Origin: Geopsychrobacteraceae bacterium
GTDB taxonomy: Bacteria > Desulfobacterota > Desulfuromonadia > Desulfuromonadales > Geopsychrobacteraceae
DNA length: 64,000 nt
Direction of reading: 5' to 3'
Assembly (NCBI GenBank): GCA_963676795.2
Contig: CAXXTB010000002.1
Span: 384,001 to 448,000, forward strand
The notes beneath the pieces are model-generated. The model made no database searches. It had not been told where the DNA came from and saw nothing but the letters and a program-made list of their open reading frames with translations. Made by a program: the position numbers and the translations under genes. Within the stretch, counting starts at the first letter, position 1. Each line of letters starts with the position of its first letter. Below are positions 1 through 9,470 of the stretch, piece after piece.

Positions 1-405
1 CGGGACGGCAATCGCCAGGAAAAGACCGAGTGGCACAACATCGTTGTCTGGCGTCAGCTTGCCGAGGTCTGCGGAAAGTTTCTCCATAAAGGGAAGCAGG
101 TTTATCTCGAAGGGAAAATCCAGACCCGTTCCTATGATGATCGTGACGGGAATAAACGTTACATCACCGAGATTGTCGTCGATCAGATGCAGATGCTCGG
201 CAGCCGCGAGGATTCTCAGGGAGGCGGTCAAGGTGGCCAGGGCAGCGGTTACGGTGGCGGTCAGAACTATGGCGGTGGCAACCAGCATAATCAGGCCCCT
301 TCCCGCCCTGCTCAGAACAATACCTACGGCGGTGGTGGACAGTCCACGCAGCCCGACAGTTTTGAAGAGCCGGTTTTTAACCCTGATGACGAGATTCCGT
401 TCTGA
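1..405 (+). CDS. ssb: Single-stranded DNA-binding protein (5' truncated by window edge)
   Basis: Frame 1 reads [39 protein letters not shown], then a Gly/Gln-rich linker and the C-terminal DDEIPF tip typical of SSB. Confidence 0.97.
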   Translation, partial: RDGNRQEKTEWHNIVVWRQLAEVCGKFLHKGKQVYLEGKIQTRSYDDRDGNKRYITEIVVDQMQMLGSREDSQGGGQGGQGSGYGGGQNYGGGNQHNQAPSRPAQNNTYGGGGQSTQPDSFEEPVFNPDDEIPF

Positions 406-438
406 CCCAGGTAAAACATATCTATTTCATGGTTCCTC

Positions 439-468
439 AAAAGCCTGCTTCTAAAGCGGGCTTTTTTT
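439..468 (+). terminator. Rho-independent terminator after ssb
   Basis: AAAAGCCTGCT / AGCGGGCTTTT stem followed by a T run. Confidence 0.8.
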
Positions 469-471
469 ATA

Positions 472-623
472 TCTGGTTATCTACTTGGCTCCAGTATCCC
501 CCTTTCCAGGGACGCATGAACCCATCCATGGGGCTTGACAGTCGCCATCCGGGCGCCAGACACTCTTCCAAGGGGGATACTGAAGCCAGAACTGATCCAG
601 CTGGAGCGAACTGGATAACCAGA
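472..623. mobile_element. MITE with IS1595-type ends matching the IS at 22304-23331
   Basis: Ends TCTGGTTATCTACTTGGCTCCAG and CTGGAGCGAACTGGATAACCAGA; flanks TTTTTATA (464-471) and TTTTTGTA (624-631) form a near-perfect 8-bp duplication; no transposase. Confidence 0.8.
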
Positions 624-957
624 TTTTTGTATTATGGTGATCAGGGAAAACGAGATATGTAATAGCTTACTTGCATTTGTAGATCATGTTCAATATGACC
701 TGGTTACTCATTACTTATTACTTTATAAAAGGATTGAATGTAATTTATTACTTGCTTATCATTCTGAAAATCGACGTTATGTCGTTATCATCCTCATTCA
801 GATTGGATCAGACGTCTGTTTTACCTCTGCGATAAACATTATTTGCGGTTTTAAAACGATTTTTCAGTGACAAAACGGATAACTCCACCTGTGATCATTT
901 TCACCATATTTGGATTTTTTTTATTGACAGCTGTTCGCTTTTTGCTTTAAAAGTCCA

Positions 958-1080
958 TCTCGTGAGATTGGGTTTCGTATGGCGATACCTTGCAGGTGGG
1001 AAATCAGGTCTCGTTAATTGCTGGAAAATTGAAGGACGGGGGGTCCTCTTCATTTTTTGAAGGGCTTCCCGTCTTTTTTT
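958..1080 (+). ncRNA. Candidate structured leader or sRNA ending in a terminator, upstream of the MFS gene
   Basis: TTGACA at 924-929; stem 964-976/1000-1012; long hairpin plus T7 at 1031-1080. Confidence 0.4.
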
Positions 1081-1393
1081 GTCCGGAATCGGTGTGCTAC
1101 TGGCTGCCACTGCAAGCATGCTGAGTTTAAAGAGATGACTGTAGCTGAACGAACAGCTGCCGTTTTCATATGGGGGGGGACAACGACTGAGAAACGGGAT
1201 AGGCCCGTTGTCGAAACGTTAGTATGTCACCACTTGGCTTGATGTTGTAAGTAAGACCCGCTGTCCCAGTACGATGTTTGGACTTTTTAAGTCTCAAATC
1301 CGTTGGAGAAGCAAAGTTTTACGCCCAAAGACGGAAACGACGTAAGTGAAGTAACAGGACATATGTCACAAACAAAGTATGGGGAGTAGGTCA

Positions 1394-2731
1394 ATGCAAA
1401 AAGATCCGCAACAGATTATCGAACGCAGTCCAATGTCAAAACTGCAGATTACCGCAGTTGCGATGTGTATCCTGTTGAACGCTCTTGATGGATTTGATGT
1501 TCTGTCAATCGCGTTTGCCGCACCAGGTATTACCAAGGAATGGGGCATCGCCCGTGTTGCTCTGGGTATCGTTCTGTCGATGGAATTGATCGGCATGGGT
1601 GTCGGTTCTATCTTCCTCGGTGGTGTTGCTGATAAAGTCGGCCGCCGTAAGACGATTCTGGTCAGTACCGTGGTCATGGTCATCGGCATGTTCCTGGCCG
1701 GCCGTTCCCACGGCGTCTATGATCTGTCTTTCTACCGCTTCTTCACAGGTCTGGGAATCGGCGGTATGCTGGCAGCGACCAATGCCATGGCTTCCGAGTT
1801 TTCCAACGCAAAAGCCAAGGCCATGTCGGTTATGTTCATGGCTGGTGGTTACCCGCTGGGTATCATCGTTGGTGGCATCATCTCCGGTCACCTGCTGAAG
1901 GTTTACTCATGGCGTGCCATCTTCGATTTCGGCGCTGCCGTCACCTTTGTTTTCCTGATCCTGAGTATCTTCTTCCTGCCTGAGTCGATCTCTTTCCTCT
2001 GCCAGAAGCGTCCGGCGGGTGCTCTTGATAAGATCAACGCCATCCTGCGCAAGATGAAGCACGATACCATCGATGCTCTGCCAGCTGTCTGCTGCAAGTC
2101 TGAGAAAAAGAAGGTCGGTTTCGCCAGCCTGTTCGGTCCGGGCCTGATCAGCATCACCATCCTGATGATCGTTGCTTACTTCGGTCACATGATGACTCAC
2201 TACTTCTTCCTCAAGTGGGTTCCAAAGATCGTTGTCGATATGGGTTATGCCGGTCCTGTCGCCGGTGCCGTTCTGGTATGGGCAAACGCCGGTGGCCTGA
2301 TTTCCAGCTTCCTGATGGGCGTTCTGTCCCGTCGTTTCTCGACACGTGGTCTGACCATCATCGTTCTGCTCGGCTGTTCGGTGATGATGATCATCTTCGG
2401 CGCTGGTGCTGATTCCCTCAGCCAGCTGAACCTGGTTGCCGCCTGTGCCGGTTTCTTCACCCAGGCCTGTATTGTCGGTCTCTATGCCCTGGTTGCCAAG
2501 GCATTCCCGACCGAGGTTCGTGCCAGTGGTACCGGTCTGGTCATCGGTATCGGCCGCGCCGGTGCCTGCCTTGGTCCGATCACTGCCGGCATTCTGTTCT
2601 CCGGCGGTTTCGGCCTGCAGACAACCGCTATCGTCATGGCCTGCGGTTCCTTTATCGGCTTCCTTGCGCTGATCTTCCTCAAGACCAAATCAGCTGAGGT
2701 AGTTGCTGATGCTCAGGTTGCTGCGAAGTAA
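1394..2731 (+). CDS. MFS transporter, aromatic acid:H+ symporter (PcaK/BenK/VanK-like) family
   Basis: About 12 hydrophobic segments; LNALDGFDVLSIAFAAP in TM1; GGVADKVGRR motif A; FPTEVRASGTGLVIGIGR; start chosen at the ATG after GGAGTAGG. Confidence 0.9.
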   Translation: MQKDPQQIIERSPMSKLQITAVAMCILLNALDGFDVLSIAFAAPGITKEWGIARVALGIVLSMELIGMGVGSIFLGGVADKVGRRKTILVSTVVMVIGMFLAGRSHGVYDLSFYRFFTGLGIGGMLAATNAMASEFSNAKAKAMSVMFMAGGYPLGIIVGGIISGHLLKVYSWRAIFDFGAAVTFVFLILSIFFLPESISFLCQKRPAGALDKINAILRKMKHDTIDALPAVCCKSEKKKVGFASLFGPGLISITILMIVAYFGHMMTHYFFLKWVPKIVVDMGYAGPVAGAVLVWANAGGLISSFLMGVLSRRFSTRGLTIIVLLGCSVMMIIFGAGADSLSQLNLVAACAGFFTQACIVGLYALVAKAFPTEVRASGTGLVIGIGRAGACLGPITAGILFSGGFGLQTTAIVMACGSFIGFLALIFLKTKSAEVVADAQVAAK

Positions 2732-2756
2732 TAGCGCAAGCAATATAGTGTTGTAA

Positions 2757-2802
2757 CAACAAGGCCCCTGCGCTGGAAAAGCGCAGGGGCCTTGTTGCTT
2801 TT
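2757..2802 (+). terminator. Rho-independent terminator
   Basis: Perfect 18-bp stem CAACAAGGCCCCTGCGCT / AGCGCAGGGGCCTTGTTG followed by Ts. Confidence 0.85.
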
Positions 2803-3058
2803 ACGAAGTTTTTTTACCTGTTGTGTACGAATTGCATCAATTGGCGAAACTGGTATAGTTAGTTGGCGTGTTTTTGTGGTTTTCTGATATTTTTACTGAT
2901 TCTTTGGGGTGGGGCACTTCATTTCTTTATATCAGGTGTGTGGCAAAGATCATCTTCTGAATTTGGTGTCTTGGTTATCTCAATGCATTACTATTAAATG
3001 TCATGGGGTTAGCCTTTCAGATTTTTGAGCCTTTTTCTATACAGCGAGCCACCTGTCT

Positions 3059-4840
3059 ATGCAGAATGAGATTTTTTCTCAACAGCTTAGAGATGCTTTG
3101 AAAATCTCGTCCAGTGAGCCGACAACCTATCTGGAATTTGTCGACTGCCTGCTCGCGATGAAAGAGGATGGCGTTCCGGCAACCTGTCAGAAGATCATAA
3201 AGCGTCTCTGGCCCGAGGACTGGGATCTGGCCGAGGATAAGGTCCAGTTCTGTACGATAAAATGGGATCTTCTGCGTAAACGACGCCATAAGATCAATGA
3301 ACGGTTGTTGGTCAGTCCGCTCTGTTTTTCCTTTTATATTCAGTTGACACCGGAAAAGGAGTTCAGAATTCTCTGTGCTGGCGAGGATATCTACCAGCAG
3401 CGCCTTGAAGATTATGAACGATCGCGCAGCAAGGCCCGTTCCGCTGCCGATCAGGCGAAGATCGATCAGGAAATAGCGCTGTTGCGGCGGCGGTATGGCT
3501 CTGCCAGTACTGTGTTGGTAAAACGCCCTGTTCCGTTCTGCTGGAATAAGGTTCTTCCCTTCGCTTCCTTTATCCTCTTTCTACTGCTGATTGCTGCTTC
3601 ATTGTACCGACTCTATCCGACTTTTGTTGATCGGCATTCCTTTGCGGATAACCAGCTTGCTGTTGATGATATCTCCATTGCGGTGCTGCCCTTGGTCATC
3701 AAGGGATCTGGTGACTTGAATGCCGTGCTGGGGGAGGGGATTATTGATGGGGTTATCTCCTCGCTGTCCCGTTTGCCGCAGATGATTGTTATTTCCCGTA
3801 ATTCGGTCTTCGCATACGTGAATCAGTCCGTCGATGCCGATCTCGCTGCCAGGGAACTGGGAGTTCGCTACCTTGTCGATGGCAATATTCAGACGGTAGC
3901 CACGCAGGTCCGGGTTTCTGTGCGCTTACATGACGCCACTACTGGTCAACTGGTCTGGGCCAGACGTTGGGACAAGCAGGTCGGTGATCTGTTTAATCTT
4001 CAGGATGAGATCGTCATGAGCATTCTGGCCGGTCTGCGCATGGAACTTTCCGATGGAGAAAAAGCCCTGGCCCTGGCCAAAGGCACGAAGAACGTCGAGG
4101 CTTACTGCAGGCTCATAGAGGCTTATCACTACTTTTTTCAGGAATCTCTGATCGATACCCTGCGTGCCCGACGACTCAGTGAAGAGGCCGTTGCTGCCGA
4201 TCCCGACTATGCCGCCGCGTATGCCCTGATGGCAGACTGTTTCCTGAAAGAGATGGAGCAAAAGGGGGAACCTGAACTTCTCGTCAGGGCTAATCAAGCC
4301 ATTCTGACGGCCAGAGCCATCGGGATCGATGATCCCGTCGTTCACAATATCTCGTCCCGGGTCTATTGGTATCTTGGTGAGTACGACAATGCCGTTACTG
4401 AAGCCAGACGGTCTTTGGAACTTGATCCGAATTTCGCCGAGGCGATCAACTGGTATGCTGCTTTACTCAACTGGCAGGGGGATCATGAAGGTGCGCTGCG
4501 CCTGTTGCAGCAATCCTTGCGTCTGAACCCCAAGGATCAGTCATTGACTCACCTGTTCATGGGCTTCGCCTATAGTGATTTGGGTGAATTCGACCAGGCC
4601 ATCCACTTTTTAAAGGAATTTCAGCGTGCCCGGCCCAAAGCTTTGCATGTCTATCACCACATCGCGGCCTGTTATGTCGCTGTTGGTAATATGGAACAAG
4701 CTCGGGATTACATTCGCAAAGAACGCGAGCTGATCCCGACCCTCTCCATTCAGGGGATAAAATCCCGGCCGTCCGTGGGGCGCAGTCCGAAGACTCAGGA
4801 CGCTTTTTTTGCCCGGCTGGCCCTCGCCGGAGTTCCCTGA
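3059..4840 (+). CDS. Membrane-anchored TolB-like/TPR protein with putative N-terminal winged-helix domain (CadC/ToxR-like architecture), copy 1
   Basis: N-terminal domain (KIIKRLWPE...LLRKRR...IQLTPEKEFRI), one TM segment (VLPFASFILFLLLIAASLY), TolB-like block SIAVLP...VISRNSVF...ARELGVRYLVDG, then TPRs (DPDYAAAYALMA, DPNFAEA). Confidence 0.8.
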   Translation: MQNEIFSQQLRDALKISSSEPTTYLEFVDCLLAMKEDGVPATCQKIIKRLWPEDWDLAEDKVQFCTIKWDLLRKRRHKINERLLVSPLCFSFYIQLTPEKEFRILCAGEDIYQQRLEDYERSRSKARSAADQAKIDQEIALLRRRYGSASTVLVKRPVPFCWNKVLPFASFILFLLLIAASLYRLYPTFVDRHSFADNQLAVDDISIAVLPLVIKGSGDLNAVLGEGIIDGVISSLSRLPQMIVISRNSVFAYVNQSVDADLAARELGVRYLVDGNIQTVATQVRVSVRLHDATTGQLVWARRWDKQVGDLFNLQDEIVMSILAGLRMELSDGEKALALAKGTKNVEAYCRLIEAYHYFFQESLIDTLRARRLSEEAVAADPDYAAAYALMADCFLKEMEQKGEPELLVRANQAILTARAIGIDDPVVHNISSRVYWYLGEYDNAVTEARRSLELDPNFAEAINWYAALLNWQGDHEGALRLLQQSLRLNPKDQSLTHLFMGFAYSDLGEFDQAIHFLKEFQRARPKALHVYHHIAACYVAVGNMEQARDYIRKERELIPTLSIQGIKSRPSVGRSPKTQDAFFARLALAGVP

Positions 4841-4987
4841 CATCGTCACAGGCACCACATTGCGTTGCAGGTTCTTCTCCTTTTTACTGTCCTGATTGCA
4901 CTCCTGCGGCCATCAGTCTTTCCCCAATCCTGTTTTCTTTAGCCAGCCCCTTGCTCGTAACATGTCGGATTGTTTTGAAAAAATGAC

Positions 4988-5009
4988 CTGGGAATAGGGC
5001 TGTTCCCAG
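4988..5009. promoter_or_regulatory. Palindromic candidate operator upstream of esterase 1
   Basis: CTGGGAATAG-GG-CTGTTCCCAG; near-identical copy at 9215-9236. Confidence 0.6.
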
Positions 5010-5195
5010 CCCGGTCCCTCTAGGAATTCTTGGCTAAGTTACCGGAACGGTTTGTCTATTTTCCTTTCTGAGGTATCTGTTAGAGCTGTAACACTATTGT
5101 GTATTGTTGTCATTTTTTGTTGGGGAAGGGGGTCGTATTACAGTTGTTTTGTGTCAATGACGAGACAAAACATTCATCCATTCAAGGGAGGACGT

Positions 5196-6986
5196 ATGGG
5201 AAAGAAAATGAGATTGTGGCGTTATTTGAGTTTGGGAACAGTCGCTTCAGCATTTCTGTTTTCCGCATCACTGGCAACGGCAGCCAAGTATCAGGATCCT
5301 GAAGATGTTGCCCTGGCCTTCGACCCGTCGGACGGAACGGCTTTGAGCGTGACCGTTGATGGTGCGCCTGTAGGGATCACCAAATATGTTGTCACCTATG
5401 TCGCAAACCCGGTTGCAGCTGATACGACAACGCTCTCCAATGCTGATCAACCCTATGGCTACCAGCGCATGGCTATCTTTGTTCCTGACAATCTTGCCGC
5501 TGATCAGGATGCTGCCATTATCTTTGCCGTCAACAACGGTGGCTGGATGAAGAGCGAACTGGGCTCCCGGGGCTTCAGTATCGAGGACGGCGGCTCTTAC
5601 GTCAGTAACACAAACACCGACAGGACTGGGGCTGCCCTCGCCGCCGGCTACATCTTTGTCGATGTCGGCACCCGCAGTCGTACCGCCGTCGGCGCTGACG
5701 GAAGCTGGATTGGTAAGGCTCCCTCGGTTGTGGTTGACGCCAAGGCTGCTATCCGCTACCTGCGTCTGAATGATGCCGTTATCCCAGGCTCTTCTGAAAA
5801 GATCGTTATTACCGGCACCAGCGGTGGCGGCGGTCTGTCGACAGCGATCGCCGCAAGTGGCAACAGTGCGGATTACTACCCCTACCTCAATGAGATCGGT
5901 GCTGCCGGGATCGACTCTCACAAGAAGAAGCTGACCAGCACCCTCAAGGACGATGTCTTTGCGGTGATCGCCTACTGCCCGATAACCGACCTGGGCAATG
6001 CGGATATCGCTTACGAGTGGCAGTTCGGTCCTGTGCGTGAATTGAACGACTACCTGGCGGGTCCTGGCGGTGGCAGAAAAGCCGGTGCCTGGGTTCTTGA
6101 CACTCTGCCAGCTTATATGCTCGACATCTCCAATGAAATGGCCCTTGAGTATCCGGACTACCTGGCGAGTCTCGGTCTGAAGATGAGCCCGCGCAAGCGC
6201 CTGACGGTTGAAACCATGCCGGAAGCGATCATGGCCTATGCCAAAGCTTCAATCGAGAAGGCTCTGGAAGATGGTAAGAATGTCCCGAACCTCGGTGAAG
6301 CCTGGGATGCGACAACCTGGCCGTCCTATGCTCCGGATTATGCGCCTGAGTCTCTTACCAGTTATGTCAATGACTGGTTCTCCTATGATGCCGTTGGTAC
6401 GGTCACGGTCCATTCATACGAGAACTTCCTCAAGTACGTCAAAGCGACTACTGATCTCAAGGGTGCTCCGTCTTTTGACGTAACCGGTACCTCTGAAGTT
6501 GGCGCCAGCGTCGGCAAAGGCGAGACCAACCTGTTCGGTGCCGCTGATGTTGCTTATTCCAATTTCATGGCATGGGCATGGAACAATAACAACGTCGCAG
6601 GTGATGGTTCCGGCCTGGATGACACCGGTTTGTTCTGGAATCAGTATATTGGTGGCTCCGAACTCGAAAAGCAGATCAAGTTGATCAACCCGCTCCCTTA
6701 CCTGATCAGCAGAAAAGATGGTGACAGCGCTCCATACTGGTACGTGCGCCACGGTCTGCGTGACCGCGACACTTCCTTTGCGGTTGAGATGGAACTGTTC
6801 TATGCTATCGACAATGATCCGTCGGTTCTCGATGTCAACACCGCACTGGCCTATGATACCGGTCATGCCGGCAACTACGACGTGCTGGAAGCCTATGAAT
6901 GGCTGGCTGATATTCTGGCCGATGAAGCGCTTCCCGGCCACCGGGAAAAAAGCAAACACGGTCAGAAAAAAGGGCACAGGAAATAA
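5196..6986 (+). CDS. Exported alpha/beta-hydrolase, subtype-B tannase (TanA-like) family, copy 1
   Basis: Signal peptide; GKAPSVVVDAKAAIRYLR; nucleophile motif GTSGGG; AYCPITDL; WYVRHGLRDRDTS; GHAGNYD; RBS GGAGG before ATG 5196. Confidence 0.82.
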   Translation: MGKKMRLWRYLSLGTVASAFLFSASLATAAKYQDPEDVALAFDPSDGTALSVTVDGAPVGITKYVVTYVANPVAADTTTLSNADQPYGYQRMAIFVPDNLAADQDAAIIFAVNNGGWMKSELGSRGFSIEDGGSYVSNTNTDRTGAALAAGYIFVDVGTRSRTAVGADGSWIGKAPSVVVDAKAAIRYLRLNDAVIPGSSEKIVITGTSGGGGLSTAIAASGNSADYYPYLNEIGAAGIDSHKKKLTSTLKDDVFAVIAYCPITDLGNADIAYEWQFGPVRELNDYLAGPGGGRKAGAWVLDTLPAYMLDISNEMALEYPDYLASLGLKMSPRKRLTVETMPEAIMAYAKASIEKALEDGKNVPNLGEAWDATTWPSYAPDYAPESLTSYVNDWFSYDAVGTVTVHSYENFLKYVKATTDLKGAPSFDVTGTSEVGASVGKGETNLFGAADVAYSNFMAWAWNNNNVAGDGSGLDDTGLFWNQYIGGSELEKQIKLINPLPYLISRKDGDSAPYWYVRHGLRDRDTSFAVEMELFYAIDNDPSVLDVNTALAYDTGHAGNYDVLEAYEWLADILADEALPGHREKSKHGQKKGHRK

Positions 6987-7017
6987 ATTGAGATGATGTT
7001 TTTCTGATGCCGATTGC

Positions 7018-7052
7018 GCCGTCCCCTGATTAGGCAGGGGACGGCTTTTTTT
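7018..7052 (+). terminator. Rho-independent terminator
   Basis: GCCGTCCCCTG / CAGGGGACGGC followed by T7. Confidence 0.9.
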
Positions 7053-7195
7053 CGGCGACGTATGAGACCTTGGCAATTATCAAACCATTTTTGAATGCTT
7101 TCTTGTCGAGATTTGTTACAATTGCGAAGGTGATGTTCCGGGGGGGCTGACTCGATGAACTTATCTGAAGTTTTCAATGACGAGAGGCTTTTCCT

Positions 7196-8992
7196 ATGCA
7201 GAGAGAGGACCTGTACGATCAGCTCAAAGATGTTCTGACAATTTCTGCCACTGAACCGACAACCTATCTTGAGTTCGTTGCCTGCCTCTTTGACATGGAA
7301 GAGGAGGGCGTCACTCCTTCCTGTAGCAAAATCATCAAACGTTTATGGCCTGAAGAATGGGAACAGGCTGCCGATAAGATTCAGTTCTGCGCGACTAAGT
7401 GGAATCTGCTGCGCAAGAGGCGGCATAAGATCAATGAGCGTATCTTTGACAGCTCTCTACTGTTTTGCTATTTCATCCAGCTCACCCCAGATAAGGAATT
7501 TCGCATCCTTTATGATCCTCATGCCATTTTTGAAGAGCGGCTGGAGGAGTTCAAGCGTTCGCAAGCCAAGACGAGCTGCCAGGAAGATCGTGAAAAGCTG
7601 GAAGAGACTGTTCGTAGTCTGCAGCTGCGCTTTGACGCTCTTCATCAGGCCGCTCCCGTCGGCAGGGAGCTTTTTCGCATCAGCGGCGTAGCACTGCTGA
7701 AGGCAACCGTGCTGGTTCTTTTCGTAGTCCTGGCCCTTGCATCCAGTCTGCGGGTCTATTCCTTCTTCACTGCGAAGCCTTCGCGTCCAGCGCCTGTCGC
7801 AGAAGAATCCCGGGATATGATCACCATCGCGGTCATGCCCTTTGTTGGCAGTCAGGAGGGCAACCGGACCGAGATCATCTTCAATCAGGGGTTGAGCGAT
7901 GGGGTCATCTCCGCTTTATCGCGCTTTTCGCAGATGATGGTGATCTCGCGTAACTCCGTTGAGTCCTATCGCGGTCAAAGTGTCGATGTGGGAACCGTCG
8001 GCGAGGAATTGGGGGTTCGCTATGTCGTCGGCGGCAACACCTATGCTTCCGGCGGAAAAATCCGCATCGCAGCCCGCCTTAATGATGTCGAAACAGGCAG
8101 GGTTCTATGGAGCGACCAGTGGAATGAACAGTATGAAGATCTCTTCTCGCTGCAGAACGAAATAACCCTGAAGATCCTCGTCGCCTTGCAGGTCAAGCTC
8201 TCCGAAGGGGACAAGGCCCAGGCCTTTGCCCGGGGAACACGAAGTATCGAGGCCTACACCAAGTTGATGGAGGGCTACCATCACTATTTTCGGGAGAGCC
8301 ACACGGACACCTTGATGGCCAGACGCCTGGCTGAACAGGCCATCGCGATTGATCCCGACTACGCCGCCGCCTACGCTCTGCTCGCCGACAGCTACCTGAA
8401 AGATATCGAGCAGCAGAGCGATACCCCGAGGTTATCCGAGGCCTACGAAATCATCCGGCAGGGACTTGAAATGGATCAGAATGACCCGGTCGTTCACAAT
8501 GTCTATTCGCGGGTCTGCTGGCATGGCGGTGAGTATGAGAAGGCTTTGTCCGAGGCTAAAAAATCTCTGGAAATTGCTCCGAGCTATTACGAGGGGCTCT
8601 GCTGGTACGCTGCTCTTCTCAACTGGCTGGGGCGATCCGGCGAAGCGATTGAGGTTTATCAGCAGGCGGCGCGTCTTGATCCCAGGGATCAGACTTTGAG
8701 CTATCTCTTTGCAAGCTGGGCCTACCGGGATTTTGGGGACTATGAGAAGGCGATTGTCTATCTGAAGAAGGCCCGGGCTGGAAAGCGTTTGAGAACCTAT
8801 GATTATACCCATCTGGCGGCCTGCTATGTGGCTTCCGGAGATATTGTTCTGGGACGAGAGATGATCAGGGAAGCGTTGGCCCTGGATTCGTCTCTGACCA
8901 TCGAGTCGATAACCTCAAAACCGATTATCGCCATCGGTCCCGCCATGCAAAACCAGTTTGCCGGCTGGCTCAAACAGGCCGGATTGCCCTGA
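7196..8992 (+). CDS. Membrane-anchored TolB-like/TPR protein with putative N-terminal winged-helix domain, copy 2 (paralog of 3059-4840)
   Basis: Shares EPTTYLEFV.CL, KIIKRLWPE.W, LLRKRRHKINER, the TM segment, VISRNSV and TPRs with copy 1. Confidence 0.8.
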   Translation: MQREDLYDQLKDVLTISATEPTTYLEFVACLFDMEEEGVTPSCSKIIKRLWPEEWEQAADKIQFCATKWNLLRKRRHKINERIFDSSLLFCYFIQLTPDKEFRILYDPHAIFEERLEEFKRSQAKTSCQEDREKLEETVRSLQLRFDALHQAAPVGRELFRISGVALLKATVLVLFVVLALASSLRVYSFFTAKPSRPAPVAEESRDMITIAVMPFVGSQEGNRTEIIFNQGLSDGVISALSRFSQMMVISRNSVESYRGQSVDVGTVGEELGVRYVVGGNTYASGGKIRIAARLNDVETGRVLWSDQWNEQYEDLFSLQNEITLKILVALQVKLSEGDKAQAFARGTRSIEAYTKLMEGYHHYFRESHTDTLMARRLAEQAIAIDPDYAAAYALLADSYLKDIEQQSDTPRLSEAYEIIRQGLEMDQNDPVVHNVYSRVCWHGGEYEKALSEAKKSLEIAPSYYEGLCWYAALLNWLGRSGEAIEVYQQAARLDPRDQTLSYLFASWAYRDFGDYEKAIVYLKKARAGKRLRTYDYTHLAACYVASGDIVLGREMIREALALDSSLTIESITSKPIIAIGPAMQNQFAGWLKQAGLP

Positions 8993-9035
8993 CTGGTTTT
9001 CAGCCGGAAACAGTTCTTTCCCGCGGTGGCGGAAT

Positions 9036-9093
9036 ACCCCCCTGCTCGCAAGCTCGCTTCCCCCCTATTTTATAGGGGTGATTGAGGGGGGTG
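9036..9093. repeat. REP-like GC-clamped palindromic repeat
   Basis: CCCCTAT-TTT-ATAGGGG hairpin nested within flanking C-run and G-run arms in an intergenic region. Confidence 0.35.
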
Positions 9094-9214
9094 CTTTGAA
9101 GTCATTTTGATGTCCTTGTCGCATGGCTGCTCTGTCGTTCAACGCTCCTTTAAGACGAATGCCTTCCTTCCACTTCCTTTACGATTTTTCGAGTATTTCC
9201 ATCCCTTTCCTGTG

Positions 9215-9260
9215 CTGTGAATAGCACTGTTCCCAGCAGTGTTCACAGGGCAGTTCACAG
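9215..9260. promoter_or_regulatory. Candidate operator upstream of esterase 2 (palindrome plus 12-bp-period direct repeats)
   Basis: CTGTGAATAG-CA-CTGTTCCCAG; GTTCCCAG/GTTCACAG/GTTCACAG at 9229, 9241 and 9253. Confidence 0.6.
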
Positions 9261-9470
9261 GTAACTATCTGAGATCGTTGACGAAATAAAATCAAAAACA
9301 TAAATGTTTATAAGTGCGAAAGCCGCTTTTAATAGAGAGCTTTCGGGTTGGATTGTCTCGCCTTTTTAACATTTCAAGCCGGCTGTCACTTTCCGGTTTG
9401 AGGTGTTTCACTGGAGCTTTGTATCACAACGATACAAAGCATAAACATTCTTTTTCTGGGAGGTAAATGT

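Noticed and set aside
429..1242. Short ORFs between ssb and the MFS gene
   Set aside because: They span a terminator, the MITE and AT-rich regulatory DNA, with no coding signals.
1235..1249. Sigma54-like TGGC...TTG upstream of the MFS gene
   Set aside because: Spacing is one base short and there is no GC at -12.
1253..1282. c-di-GMP-I riboswitch-like fragments (CAAAC, GGGAC, CGGGTCT) on the minus strand
   Set aside because: The GCAAAGC core and GAAA tetraloop stem are missing, and the orientation is wrong for the downstream gene.
3059..8992. Adenylate/guanylate cyclase call for the TolB-like/TPR proteins
   Set aside because: Only the TolB-like/TPR portion resembles such proteins; no cyclase catalytic domain is visible.
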